Assembly: GCA_963823665.1 (NCBI GenBank)
Contig: CAWGMQ010000010.1
Location: forward strand, 1,280,001 to 1,344,000
Length of the DNA: 64,000 bases
DNA from: an uncultured Planctomycetota bacterium
Lineage (GTDB): Bacteria; Planctomycetota; Planctomycetia; Isosphaerales; Isosphaeraceae
Reading direction: 5' to 3'
The notes under the pieces: model-generated
The model's database searches: none
Told to the model about the DNA's origin: nothing
What the model saw: the letters and a program-made list of their open reading frames with translations, nothing else
Made by a program: the position numbers and the translations under genes
Part shown: in pieces, positions 31,700-42,442 of the stretch
How the letters are laid out: every line of letters begins with the position of its first letter
Numbering within the stretch: the stretch's first letter is position 1

Positions 31700-32668
31700 T
31701 CATCTCGCGGTGCCAGCCATCCCCGGCTCAAGCGTGAGGGATCCTTGCTGAATTGCGCGAACGGACCGCCATGCCGCCCAGGCGTACAAACCCGCACCCC
31801 GCATGGTGGAGACGATCGCGAGCGCGAGGAACAAACCGTACACCACATGCTCGACCAGGAGCACGCCGTAGACCGCTGCGATCGCAGTAGCGAATAGCGC
31901 CTGGCGCAGCGGCTTGACCGGCGTCGTTGCCGGGTCAGGGATCATGTACAGGGTAAATACCATGAACGCCGCACTTGTCATCGGCGTCAGGGGCACGATC
32001 CATGATGTCCCGAAGTACCAGCTTCGCACCTGACCCTGGACAACAAACGCAACCAGCCACACGAGAACCATCGTCAATCGGCCCGTGAACAACGCATGGA
32101 CGATGATGCCCGTCGCCAGCACGAAGCCGGGCAGCGCCCAGTGCCACATCCCGGTCAGGTTCTCCGTGAAGTGATACGGTGGTGCCACTCCGATCGACGG
32201 GAACAAAAGCAATGTGGCCACAATCCCAATGTTTGACGGGTTGAAGATGTGCTGCGTTTTGCCGTCACCCACAGGTGCACGGAAAATCACCTTCGAGCAA
32301 ATGGCGACGCCGACGCCGAATATGATCGGCATCAGCCTCTCGTTGGGAAACAGAAGCATCGTGACTGCCAGGCCCGGGATGATGGCAGGCGGCAGAAAGT
32401 TGATGAGGTCCCCCCACGAGCCGGCGAACCGCAGCTTGCGGTTGGCCGCTCGCGCGTCGATCCACTCCAGCAGGAATTGGAGGCCGATCGCCGTCGCTAG
32501 CCCGACGAGCGGTTGGATATGCGACTGCTCGAAGCCGAGAAACACATGGCCGACGATGTTCCAGACAACGAGTAATAAGGTGAAGTACCAAAGGGCGAAA
32601 TATCGACGCAAGGCGCTGCGCTTGGGGTAGAACTGCAGCGTGGTTATCGCGTCGGCCGTTGTCGTCAT
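31700..32668 (-). CDS. UnbU-like membrane protein (enediyne-cassette E4 type)
   Basis: GHVFLGFEQS, HIFNPSNIGI, APPYHFTEN, FTLYMIPDPATTP; start overlaps the UnbV stop. Confidence 0.85.
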   Translation of the reverse strand: MTTTADAITTLQFYPKRSALRRYFALWYFTLLLVVWNIVGHVFLGFEQSHIQPLVGLATAIGLQFLLEWIDARAANRKLRFAGSWGDLINFLPPAIIPGLAVTMLLFPNERLMPIIFGVGVAICSKVIFRAPVGDGKTQHIFNPSNIGIVATLLLFPSIGVAPPYHFTENLTGMWHWALPGFVLATGIIVHALFTGRLTMVLVWLVAFVVQGQVRSWYFGTSWIVPLTPMTSAAFMVFTLYMIPDPATTPVKPLRQALFATAIAAVYGVLLVEHVVYGLFLALAIVSTMRGAGLYAWAAWRSVRAIQQGSLTLEPGMAGTAR

Positions 32669-34665
32669 CAAAGCGCTCTCTTCCCGTCTGCCGGCCAACC
32701 GAGTCGGATCGTGTGCCAACCCGCCTTCAATTGAAAAGTCTCCTCATGCGGGTTGCCGTCGGGATCCCGCCAGCGAATCACGACGGGAGCTTCGGCGATT
32801 GTACCGAGCCCCAGATGAACATCCGGGGCACGTTTTCCGGCATAGCCGCTTCCGCCGTCGACCTGGGCCACCCGCTTTTGCCCCTCCGGCAACTGGATGG
32901 CCACTGCGGCGCCGATGGCCGGCCGGCCCGGGATTTCCCCGGCTGGATGACCGATACCCGGTAGGGCGAGCGTTGCCTTTCCCTTTTCCAGAGGGAGCAA
33001 CAGGTGCAGCCCCATGAAGTTGCCGGGCTTGGGACACTCGTTGTGGTAGAAGTAAGACGGCTGCCATTGATTCGCAACGGCGAAATCGAGCCGCCCGTCG
33101 CCATCGACGTCGGCCAGCGAGATTCCGCGCGTCACCATCGCCTCGGACATCGACTGACCGTCCTGCAACATCAGTTTAGGGGCCACGTCGTAATACCGGC
33201 CGTCCCTGGCCCTGACGAAGAAGGCAAAGGTGTCATGGCCGCTGACGTCGTCGCCAGGCTGAAGGCTCGGCCAGAACTTGGGATTGTGCAAGAGCTGGTT
33301 GTTGCTGGTGCCAAGGCTTTGCAGTTCGGGCCACTTGTTGATTCGCCCTTTGAGGAAGCCATTCGCCTGAAGCGCCTCGAGGACGCCGTCGTTGTTCAAA
33401 TCCGCCAGCCGGCAGTCCCACGACCAGCCACTGCGTGACAGCCCCAGTTCTTCGCTGGCTTGCCGGAACGGCGCGATCCCGTCGTGCATACGCGCTGTCT
33501 CGCCGGTGTTCAGCCACAGGAAATGGCTCTCGGTGAGGGCCCACCTGGACGTCAGATTGCTCACGTAGATATCCAGCAGTCCATCGCCGTTTATGTCGCC
33601 GAAGTCCACGCCCATACCTTTGAAAGAGTCCTGATTGATGACGCACGAGGCCGGCGTGCCCATCGTGCGCTCTCCCTGCAAGGCCACGAACTGAAAGTAA
33701 CCGGGGGTCGAGCGATTGTGCAGCAGGCGGTCAGGGCCGAAGTCGTTGGAAACGTAGATTTCCGGCAGCAAGTCACCGTCGAGATCAGCGGGCCCGATTG
33801 CAAAGCTCCAGCCGTGGGTCAGTTCCTCGGCGATCGCATCCTTCTGCTGGTCGAAGCGGACCGTCGGATGCCGGCCCGCGGTCGAGCTCACGAACCGGAA
33901 AAATCGGAGACCACCGCCGTTGCCGGACCTCGCCAGCGAGTCGTGCAAGGTTTCGTACCCCTGGGCATTCTCGTCGAACATTCGAGAGCCGTCAGGGAGG
34001 TAGTTGCCGATGATCAGATCGAGGTGCCCGTTGCCATCGAGGTCGGCCGCAGCCGCCGTTGAGGAGTACCAGCGGTCGCCCCCCTTGATCAGCTCCTGCG
34101 ATTCGAACTCGGCGGCCGAGGGCGGCGTCTTCGAGTCGGCCGGCGTTCTGCGCAGATAAACGATCGGGCTACGGCCCCACAGGACGACGAGCACGTCCAG
34201 GAGACCGTCCTCATTCAAGTCGGCGATCAGGGAGCTCTGAGGGCACATCGTCGCCGGGTTCCAGTTGGGGAACGACGATCCGGGGTCGAGTGCGAATGTT
34301 TCGTAACGCGCCCCGGTACCAGGCACAGGACCGCATATGACCTGGTCAGTGCGTGGATCGACCCAGACGACGTCGTTTTGCAGTCCGTCGCCGTCCAGAT
34401 CGCCCAGCGCCACACCGGCCCCGAGTGAGGACAAGTATGCTCGGATGTGCTGCACGCTGGGGTGCACCTTGCGGACGTACTTGTACGGCGGGTGGTTGGC
34501 CACTTCGGGCAACGGCGTTCGCGTAAACCGGAAGTTGTTGACGGCCGCTTCTGACTCGGTCCTCGAGAGCGCCCGCTCGCGAGTCATTACGTACAGGCTG
34601 ATGACAATCACCGCCGACACGAGCAAGGTGGCTCGGCGCCGCACCGATCCAGGCGGTCGGTTCAT
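32668..34665 (-). CDS. ASPIC/UnbV (CRTAC1-like) FG-GAP repeat protein
   Basis: Multiple DLDGDG-type repeats, SNDFGPDRL, DSFKGMG, C-terminal QVDGGSGYAGKRAPDVHLGLG; N-terminal TM; AGAGGAG RBS. Confidence 0.9.
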   Translation of the reverse strand: MNRPPGSVRRRATLLVSAVIVISLYVMTRERALSRTESEAAVNNFRFTRTPLPEVANHPPYKYVRKVHPSVQHIRAYLSSLGAGVALGDLDGDGLQNDVVWVDPRTDQVICGPVPGTGARYETFALDPGSSFPNWNPATMCPQSSLIADLNEDGLLDVLVVLWGRSPIVYLRRTPADSKTPPSAAEFESQELIKGGDRWYSSTAAAADLDGNGHLDLIIGNYLPDGSRMFDENAQGYETLHDSLARSGNGGGLRFFRFVSSTAGRHPTVRFDQQKDAIAEELTHGWSFAIGPADLDGDLLPEIYVSNDFGPDRLLHNRSTPGYFQFVALQGERTMGTPASCVINQDSFKGMGVDFGDINGDGLLDIYVSNLTSRWALTESHFLWLNTGETARMHDGIAPFRQASEELGLSRSGWSWDCRLADLNNDGVLEALQANGFLKGRINKWPELQSLGTSNNQLLHNPKFWPSLQPGDDVSGHDTFAFFVRARDGRYYDVAPKLMLQDGQSMSEAMVTRGISLADVDGDGRLDFAVANQWQPSYFYHNECPKPGNFMGLHLLLPLEKGKATLALPGIGHPAGEIPGRPAIGAAVAIQLPEGQKRVAQVDGGSGYAGKRAPDVHLGLGTIAEAPVVIRWRDPDGNPHEETFQLKAGWHTIRLGWPADGKRAL

Positions 34666-35018
34666 CGTGCAAGCTCCTCTCTCAATCGCCCCGGCACGCT
34701 GCCGCAGCTTGCGAGCGAAGACGGACCCTTGTTCGAGGTGGGAGAACCCCACCTTCAAACGCGAAGCCCCGAATAGGATCAGTTTAATCCACGCTGGTTC
34801 GCGTCACAAGCAAAACGATGGGGACATCACCTGCGCTGTCGATGGGCTCGAACACAAGACTGAATCTCTCCGAGAGCGAAAGCCATTCGTCCGACACTCC
34901 GACGCGTTCTTCGACTCTGCCAGACCGGCTCGAATCGCTTGCAATCCATCTTGAGTCACGTCTATGATAATGGCTGGAGTGCGCTCCTCAAGGCGGGCGG
35001 CGCATCCAAGTCATGATG

Positions 35019-35055
35019 GCCCTATCGCTCGGAAACCCGGCGATAGGGCTTTTTT
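35019..35055 (+). terminator. Intrinsic terminator-like hairpin about 40 nt upstream of the next gene
   Basis: gccctatcgc / gcgatagggc stem followed by a T run. Confidence 0.6.
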
Positions 35056-35095
35056 GTTTTCCTCGCAGGCAACTCCGTGCTGATCGGAACCGCCA

Positions 35096-36598
35096 ATGTC
35101 GGCTCTCGAAACCAACGTTCGCCGGTGCTCGGCCATCTCGCAATCGCTCCCACAGTTCGCCTCGGCCCGGGCTCGCCGCTCCCGGCGGCGGCAGAGCATC
35201 AGCCTGGAATGCCTCGAAGACCGCACCGCGCTTTCCAGCTTCAATCTGCCGGTCACATCGCTCGCCGATACCGGGCCGGGCACGCTGCGCTCGGCGATCT
35301 CCCAGGCCGACGTTGGCTCCGCCGCGCGAACCTACAACATCAAGTTCAAGGTGACCGGTACGATCACGCTGGAAAGCGCCTTGCCGGATCTGAGCAAGAG
35401 CATGAACTTGAGCGGTCCCGGCGCGAGCCGGCTTACGGTGCGACGCGATGGCAAGGCTTCCTCCTTCTTCGGCATCTTCGCAGTGGATTCAGGTGTGGAC
35501 GTCAAGATTTCTGGCATGACGATCACTGATGGATTCGCAATATACCCTGCTTCAGGCACCGGCATCGATAACGCTGGCACCCTCTCCATCAGTCACACCA
35601 CCATTTCGGACAACGAAGGCGGTGGCGGCATCCACAACATCGGAACCCTCGCCGTCAGTCACAGCACCATCACCCAGAATTCGGACGCTGACGGCGGCGG
35701 CATCTTCGACACCGGTACGCTCACCGTCAGCCTCACGACCATTTTCCACAACTCCGCCGGCGGCAATGGCGGCGCCATCGACAACACCGGATCGCTCACT
35801 GTCAATCGCTCGACCATCTTCTCCAACCAGGTCGGCTCAGGGATCATCGGGCCCGAGCCGATCTATCCCGAGGGCGGCGGTATCTATAACGACTCCAATG
35901 GCACGGTCGTCTTGAGCCGCACGACCGTCTCCCGCAACGCCGCCTACCGGGGCGCCGGCATCTTCAACAACGGGAACTTCACCGCCAACCTGGCGACGAT
36001 CTCCGGCAACTCGGCCGACGACTCCGGCGGCGGAGTCAGCAATTCTAGAACCTTCATCGTCAACCAAACGACAATCTCCGGCAACACGGCCATCACTTCC
36101 GGTGACGGCATCAACAACTCCGGGTCGCTCACCGTCAGCCACAGCACGATCTCACGCAACACCGGCGGCGATGGAAGCATGGGCGGCGGCATCAATAACT
36201 CCGGGTCGCTCATCCTCAGCCACAGCACGATCTCACGCAACACCGGAGCAGTCGGCAGCACGGGCGGCGGCATCAATAACTCCGGATCACTGACCCTGAG
36301 CGACACCAGTGTCTCGGGCAACACCGAAGGCGCCGGCAGCACCGGCGGCGGAATCAACAACTCCGGGCCGCTCACCATCAGCTCGAGCACCATCTCGCGC
36401 AACTCCGCGACCACCGGCGGCGGCCTGTATAACAGCCTGGGAGCCCAGGCGGTAGTCGACTTCTCGACGATTAACGACCCCGACGGGGGAGGAATCGTGA
36501 ACAACGCCGCCGCGATCGTGAATAAAGGCAGCACCGTCCGCCTCAAGAAGACGGTGGTGGACGGCGTTTCCTACAACCAATTCCAGTACGGACCTTGA
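35096..36598 (+). CDS. Extracellular beta-helix (polymorphic membrane protein-like repeat) protein
   Basis: Leader SLECLEDRTALS, VTSLADTGPGTLRSAI, and GGGINNSGSLTxSHSTIS repeats. Confidence 0.85.
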   Translation: MSALETNVRRCSAISQSLPQFASARARRSRRRQSISLECLEDRTALSSFNLPVTSLADTGPGTLRSAISQADVGSAARTYNIKFKVTGTITLESALPDLSKSMNLSGPGASRLTVRRDGKASSFFGIFAVDSGVDVKISGMTITDGFAIYPASGTGIDNAGTLSISHTTISDNEGGGGIHNIGTLAVSHSTITQNSDADGGGIFDTGTLTVSLTTIFHNSAGGNGGAIDNTGSLTVNRSTIFSNQVGSGIIGPEPIYPEGGGIYNDSNGTVVLSRTTVSRNAAYRGAGIFNNGNFTANLATISGNSADDSGGGVSNSRTFIVNQTTISGNTAITSGDGINNSGSLTVSHSTISRNTGGDGSMGGGINNSGSLILSHSTISRNTGAVGSTGGGINNSGSLTLSDTSVSGNTEGAGSTGGGINNSGPLTISSSTISRNSATTGGGLYNSLGAQAVVDFSTINDPDGGGIVNNAAAIVNKGSTVRLKKTVVDGVSYNQFQYGP

Positions 36599-36645
36599 TC
36601 CCCAGCTTTGTTTACCTTGCAGGCACTTGCCAATCGGAACCCGCA

Positions 36646-38477
36646 ATGTCGATTCTAAGCGCCATCGTAGGTCGGTGCTCCACGATCCCGCGATCGCTTT
36701 CGCAGCTCCCACGAGACCGGAATCCTCGCCCGGTGCGGCGACTGAGCAAGAGCCTCGAGCAACTCGAGTGCCGCGTCGTGCCTTCAACGATCCTGGTCAC
36801 GAACTTGCTCGACTCGGGTCAAGGCTCGCTCCGGGCCGCTGTCGAAAAAGCAAACCCGGGCGCGAGCCATTCGGGGGGGCAAACGCATTCGTATACAATC
36901 AAGTTCGGACACTCCGTGAGAGGGACGATCCTCTTGGCGAGTCCAATGCCCGTCCTTTTGACCCGTATTGTGATCGCCGGGCCAGGGCCCTCCATGCTGA
37001 CGGTCGCCCGCAGTGATGCCTCGGGGACCGGTCAGTTCCGACCCTTCACCGTCGGGACAGGCGCCAGGATCGCGATGAGCGGACTGACCATCGCCGGCGG
37101 GCTTACCGTCGACGGAGCCGGTATCAACAACGCCGGTACACTATCACTCAAAAACATGTGGATCACAGGCAACTCCGCGGTCAACAATTTCGCCCCGGGT
37201 GTCACGGCTGGCGGCGGCATCTACAACACAGGCACGCTTTCCATCAACAACTCCAGATTCGCAAACAACACGACGACTGGCGCCAGCGCCCACCTTTCCG
37301 GCGACCCGGCTTCTGGCGGTGCCATCTGGAACTCCGGCAGGCTCTCGATAAAGAGCTCCACTTTCGTGGGCAATACAGCCACGGCCGGGGAAGGCGACCT
37401 GGGCGGCGGCTTGGCCCGTGGGGGCGCAATCGAGAACGCCGACGGCGGCCGGCTGTCAATCACCGGCGACTCCACGTTCATCAGCAACTCGGCCTTCGGC
37501 GAAGCCGGCGGCGGCGGCAACGCCGAGGGAGGTGCGATCGATAACTCCAATACGCTCTCGATCCAGGGCGCCGCGTTCAGCCTCAACTCCGCCACTGGCG
37601 GTTCCCAAGGTTCGCCATTCTCCGGCGAAGGTGAAGGCGGTGCAATCGAAAGCGGCCCCAACTTCTCGATCAGCAGCTCCACATTCAACGGCAACTCGGC
37701 CACAGGTGATAACGCCTATGGTGGCGCGATCCACATGGCCGGCAATCTCACGGTCACCAGGTCCACGTTCAGTGGCAACGCTGCGAGGAGCACGAACGGG
37801 AGTTTCGGCGGCGCAATCTACGTCCAGGCTATTCTCCCGGGCATACTCTCGGTCACCGGCTCCACGTTCAGCGGCAACATGGCCACGGGCGATTCCTTCA
37901 ATGTCGGCGGTGCGATCTTCAACCAAGGCACAGTCTCCGCGACCAACTCCACCTTCAACGGCAATTCGGCCGCGGCCGCTCCATACAGTTTCGGCGGCGC
38001 CATCGCTGCCGCGGGCGTGCTGCGCTCTCTTACGTCACGGTCGACAATAACTCCGCCGACACTGGCGGTGGCGTCGCAACGATCTTCGGGGCTCCAGCCG
38101 CGGGCACTTCGATCGATAGCATCTTTCAGAATTCGCAGGGCGGAAACGTCTCCGTCGTCAAAGGCAGCTTCTCATCGTTAGGCCACAATCTCTTTTCAGA
38201 CGCTCCCAGCATCAGCCTGAACCCCACCGACCTCGTCAACACCGACCCGTTGCTTGGTCCGCTCGCCAGCAACGGCGGGCCTACCCAGACTCAGGCCCTG
38301 GCCCCCGGCAGCCCCGCGATCAAGAAGGGAATTGCCGTTGCCCGCATCACAACCGACCAACGGGGAAAGCCCCGGCCACGGCATGGAGCCACGGACATCG
38401 GCGCATTTCAGGTGCAACGCACGAGGACGACGCCTTCCGATCGGTCACGTTTCGGGTCGCCACCGCCTCTGACATGA
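36646..38477 (+). CDS. Paralogous extracellular beta-helix protein with choice-of-anchor-Q-like end; frameshift near 38025
   Basis: SLEQLECRVVPS, DSGQGSLRAAV, GGAI repeats; C-terminus LGPLASNGGPTQTQAL..TDQRG..DIGAFQ lies in another frame. Confidence 0.8.
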
Positions 38478-38530
38478 CGACCATGCCAAAACGGCTAGCC
38501 CGAAAGTTCGAGTTCCTGCTTATTCGTAGC

Positions 38531-39669
38531 TCACGTCGCCGATCCAACCGGAGCGATGCTCTCCACCAGCTCTGCGCGGTGGTTCTGCTTTTTCTGGTGA
38601 GTGAGAATCGTGAGGCCCATCTTCACCTTGTCCGTGATGGTCTTCTGCGATAGGCACGTGTACAGGCAAAGGCGGTCGCATTCCACCGTCTGGCGGCGTA
38701 TCTCCTGCGCCTTCGGCCCGTACCAGATCTCCCGGGCCGATTTTTCCTTGATGTTGCCGATCGATGGATAAAAAAAGCAGACTTCGATCTCGCCGTCGGT
38801 CTTGATAAAGAAATCGCGCATGCCGACCCGGCAGGGCATCACCTCAGGCGGTGCGGCCTCTTCGCGGAAGTGCCGCACAATCAGCCCGATCACCATCTCC
38901 GAGTTCATGATCGGCTCGCCGCTGCGCTTCAGCTCGAGCATCTTGTCGACGACTTTCTGAAGCTCCGCGTGCTCGTCTTGCTCGATCCAGAGCTCGTTAT
39001 ACGTTTCCGGCGTCCAGCGATCCATGGGCTGGAAGTTCGAGCGCCGTGGCGCCGACTTCCTTCACCCATTGCACCATGTCCGGCAGGTACTTGTAGTTCT
39101 TCTTGCCGATGGTCGGCTTGATGATGATCGGAAAGTCGAGCCCGCGCTTGTCGCGCTCTTCACGCACGTATTTGATTCCGTCGGAGAGCTTCTGGAATAG
39201 CCCCGGCCACCCTCGAAGGTAGTCGTGCAGATCGGCGTTGGGGGCGTCAACCGATACGTTCAAGTTCCACGGGTGCGCCTCGACGAATTTGATCGCATTC
39301 TTGCGATTGAGTGCCGACCCGTTCGTTGTCACTCCGGAGTGAATCCCGTTCTGATGGCAGAACGCCATGATGTCGATGAACCCGGGCTTGATGAACGGCT
39401 CGCCGCCGCTGAAGCTGATCGAATACGTGCCCACGAAGTCCTTGATGTAGCAGGAGCGCCCTCTGCCAGTCCTCGATGGACATCTCGTCGCGATATTTCG
39501 GTAGCCGCCAGTACTCGCAGTACCGGCACTTCACGTTGCAGTGCTCGTTCACGATTGCGTAGAACGTTACAGGCTTCGTGTAGTCATGGCCGGAATGAAT
39601 GTACAGCTCTTCGGCGAAGTGGTTGTATGTGTGTTTGAAAGCCAGTTGGGCAAGCGTCGAAGTCTTCAT
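38531..39669 (-). CDS. Radical SAM protein with a SPASM/twitch-like C-terminus; two frameshifts (about 39450 and 39040)
   Basis: CNVKCRYC, SFSGGEP, VTTNG, VSVD; C-terminal C...DGEIEVC...CDRLCLYTC across three ORFs. Confidence 0.85.
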
Positions 39670-39963
39670 AGCGGTTCCCAGGTGCGTCGCGCTCTGCGGT
39701 AAGTACAAATAGGCACAAGAACCGTAGCAGAACGCGCGCGTCGCGATCAAACAAATTTGGGCGAATGTCGCCAGAAACGAACATGGCCATGCCGGTCGCG
39801 CTAAGGGCAGACTTTCCAAGGACGCGCCCGACCTTGCCGCTCATGGCTTGACCACCGGCGCTCGATGGCGTTAACGTGTTGTCTGTCTTCAGCCTCGGGA
39901 GTCGGGGACACCGCCTGCCTGAAAACAAATATTGGTGCGCTTCACATTGGGGAGTTCCAGCCG

Positions 39964-41487
39964 ATGAAAGACAGTCCCAAGGTCAGTCGTCGCGGCTTCA
40001 TCGAGACAGCGGGTGTCGCGACCGGTGCCCTCGTCGCCGGCGGAGCATTCCCTCACCCGGCCATCGGCGCCGGGGTCAAAGGCGCCAATGAGAAGATCAA
40101 CATCGCGGTCTTGGGCTCGGGCGGCCGTGCGCAGGAGCACTTGCGAATCCTCCTGAAAATGAAGAACAAGGAGCAGAAGCTCGTCGACTTGATCGGCATC
40201 TGCGACGTGTGGGACGGCAACAAGGATGTCGGCCGCGGGTTGTACTATTCGGCCGAAAAATGCGGCCTCGACGCCCAGGGCAAAGACAAGGATCGCATCA
40301 CCAAGGACTACCGCAAGATCCTCGAGTGCAAGGACGTCGACGCAGTCCTGATCGCCACGCCCGACCACTGGCACGCCAAGATGTCGGTTGACGCCATGGA
40401 GGCCGGCAAGGACGTCTACTGCGAAAAACCGATGACGCACACGATTGACGAAGCCCACCAGGTCGCCGGCGCCGTCAAGCGCACCAAGCAGGTCTTCACC
40501 GTCGGTGTGCAGTCAACGGCTGATCCCCGCTGGCGCATGGCGAACCAGATGATCACCGACGGAAAGATCGGCCACGTCATGCAGGGCCAGACCAGCTACT
40601 ACCGCAACAGCGACGGCGGCCAGTGGCGCTATTACGCCCTCAGCAAGGATATGAACCCCAAGACCGTCGACTGGAAGATGTTTCTGGGGACGGATTTCGG
40701 CCTCGCGCCCACGATGCCGTTCAACCGCGCCAAGTACGCCCAGTGGCGCTGTTACTGGGATTTCGGCGGCGGCATGTACACCGACCTCTTCGTCCACCAG
40801 CTCACGCACTTGATCCAGGCGATGGGCGTCCGGTTCCCGAAGCGCGTCGTCGGGGCAGGTGGATTGTACATGGAATATGACGGCCGCGACGTTCCCGACA
40901 TGGCGACGGTCGTTGCCGACTACGACGAAGGCTGCCAGGTCTTGATCTCAGCCACCATGTGCAATGACGTCCAGTTGGGTGAGGTCATCCGTGGCCACAC
41001 CGGCAATATCCGCTTCCACGGAGACCCCGGCGGAGGCTTCGTCGTTGGAACACAGGATCACGCCCTCAAAGGCAAACCCGCGCCCGCCGGCGGCAACCTC
41101 GGTATGGAGGGCGAAAAGTTCGCACCGCCGCAGCCCAAGGAAGACACCTATGCCCTCTGGGAGCACTTCCTCGAATGCTGCCGCTCGCGCAACCCAGAAA
41201 CGCTCTGTCCGGCCGAGCTGGGCTACGCCGCGATCACGACGGTGAACCTGGGCGTCAAGTCGTACCGCGAAGGCAAGGCCTATTACTTCGACAAAGAGAC
41301 CGGCAAGGTCACCGACGCCGACGAGAGCTGGGCCAAGCGCTGGGAAGAGGTCAGCCACAAGCGGGGCAAGCCCAACCAGGTAGCCGGCTGGAAGGCCGGG
41401 GAAACAGGATCGCTGCTCAACCTCCCCGACTATCAAAAGCTGGAAGGCGACTGGGTAGACGGCCAGGACCCCGCCGCAAACGCGTGA
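39964..41487 (+). CDS. Tat-exported Gfo/Idh/MocA oxidoreductase
   Basis: SRRGFI Tat motif, GSGGRA, IATPDHWH, DVYCEKP. Confidence 0.93.
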   Translation: MKDSPKVSRRGFIETAGVATGALVAGGAFPHPAIGAGVKGANEKINIAVLGSGGRAQEHLRILLKMKNKEQKLVDLIGICDVWDGNKDVGRGLYYSAEKCGLDAQGKDKDRITKDYRKILECKDVDAVLIATPDHWHAKMSVDAMEAGKDVYCEKPMTHTIDEAHQVAGAVKRTKQVFTVGVQSTADPRWRMANQMITDGKIGHVMQGQTSYYRNSDGGQWRYYALSKDMNPKTVDWKMFLGTDFGLAPTMPFNRAKYAQWRCYWDFGGGMYTDLFVHQLTHLIQAMGVRFPKRVVGAGGLYMEYDGRDVPDMATVVADYDEGCQVLISATMCNDVQLGEVIRGHTGNIRFHGDPGGGFVVGTQDHALKGKPAPAGGNLGMEGEKFAPPQPKEDTYALWEHFLECCRSRNPETLCPAELGYAAITTVNLGVKSYREGKAYYFDKETGKVTDADESWAKRWEEVSHKRGKPNQVAGWKAGETGSLLNLPDYQKLEGDWVDGQDPAANA

Positions 41488-41548
41488 GCCAGTAGTAAGC
41501 CCACGCCTGCCCCAGAGGGGCGGGCCCGCGTTTAACCCCCCGAACCAA

Positions 41549-41883
41549 CCCTCTCCCCCCCGGGGAGAGCGTGGCCGAAGGCCGGGTGACGGGGCGCGCT
41601 CGCGGACGACCCCCCGAACCCCGCTCCTGCGACACCCCGTTGGGCGCGGGTCTCCGGGCACCCGAAGCGTCGCCGCTCTCCCCGCGACCGAGGTCTCCGT
41701 TGGGCGCGGGTCTCCCGACCCCGCCCCTCCCCGCGACCGAAGGTCTCCAAGTCGGGCGCGGGTTCGCCGATCGTTCAGTGTAGCAGGCACACTCCGTGTG
41801 CCGTCCGCCATATTCGCGGCTCATGCGCCACCAGCGCCGCAACGGTCTTGCTGTAGCAGGCACACGCCGTGTGCCGTCCGCCA
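41549..41883. repeat. Cluster of intergenic REP-like repeats
   Basis: Three gggcgcgggt(ctcc) units with ccccgcgaccga(a)ggtctcc; two 32-bp GTAG-type palindromes tgtagcaggcacac(t/g)ccgtgtgccgtccgcca at 41779-41810 and 41852-41883. Confidence 0.75.
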
Positions 41884-41940
41884 ATTTAACGGCAACGCGA
41901 ACACTATCCCACGCCCGTCGCCTCCTTCCGCGAACGCCCC

Positions 41941-42442
41941 TCACTTCGCATTCGCCTCCGCGACTCGTTCCCGCCAGAACTTTTCCGCGAGCAAGTGATA
42001 GCGCAGCACTTCATCCCCACCAAGCGAGCCGGTCCTCATCACTTCCTCCACGCGAACAGTACGCTTCACTTGACCATTCTCAACTATTTCCACGAATCGC
42101 ACCGGGTCCTGTGTCGTCAGCCGTGCCTCGAGCTTGAGCTTGATCTCTTCCCCCTCGCCTGCCTTGAACACGTGCCCGGGTCGTGTACTTGCCAGCCGTC
42201 AATTCGACCCTCGCCGTCCCCGGCGAAACGAAGTGATCAAACCAGAACGGCAGATCGCCCGCCCGCTTCGCCTGCCCCGTCGAATCCTTGACGTGAATCC
42301 GGCAGGGCAGTAGCTTTCCGCTCCCCTTTTCGCGAACGGTGATCTCCACAAGAGCGTCGTCCGCCGATGCTCGGCTCGCGGTACCCGAGAGGAGAAACAG
42401 AAGTGCAAGTACCATTCGAAAAGTAGGCGGTCGCTTCATCTT
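41941..42442 (-). pseudogene. Internally deleted CehA/McbA-like secreted metallohydrolase remnant
   Basis: Signal peptide and LPCRIHVKD..PFWFDHF joined directly to a C-terminal piece (PGHVFK..VEIVENG); catalytic middle missing. Confidence 0.6.

Noticed and set aside
30362..34665. Complete enediyne biosynthetic cluster
   Set aside because: No PKS, thioesterase or UnbL-like gene in the window.
34800..35018. Riboswitch upstream of the terminator hairpin
   Set aside because: No recognisable aptamer consensus by eye; needs an Rfam scan.
41640..41883. CRISPR array
   Set aside because: Only two or three copies per unit, irregular spacing and no cas genes; better explained as REP-like.
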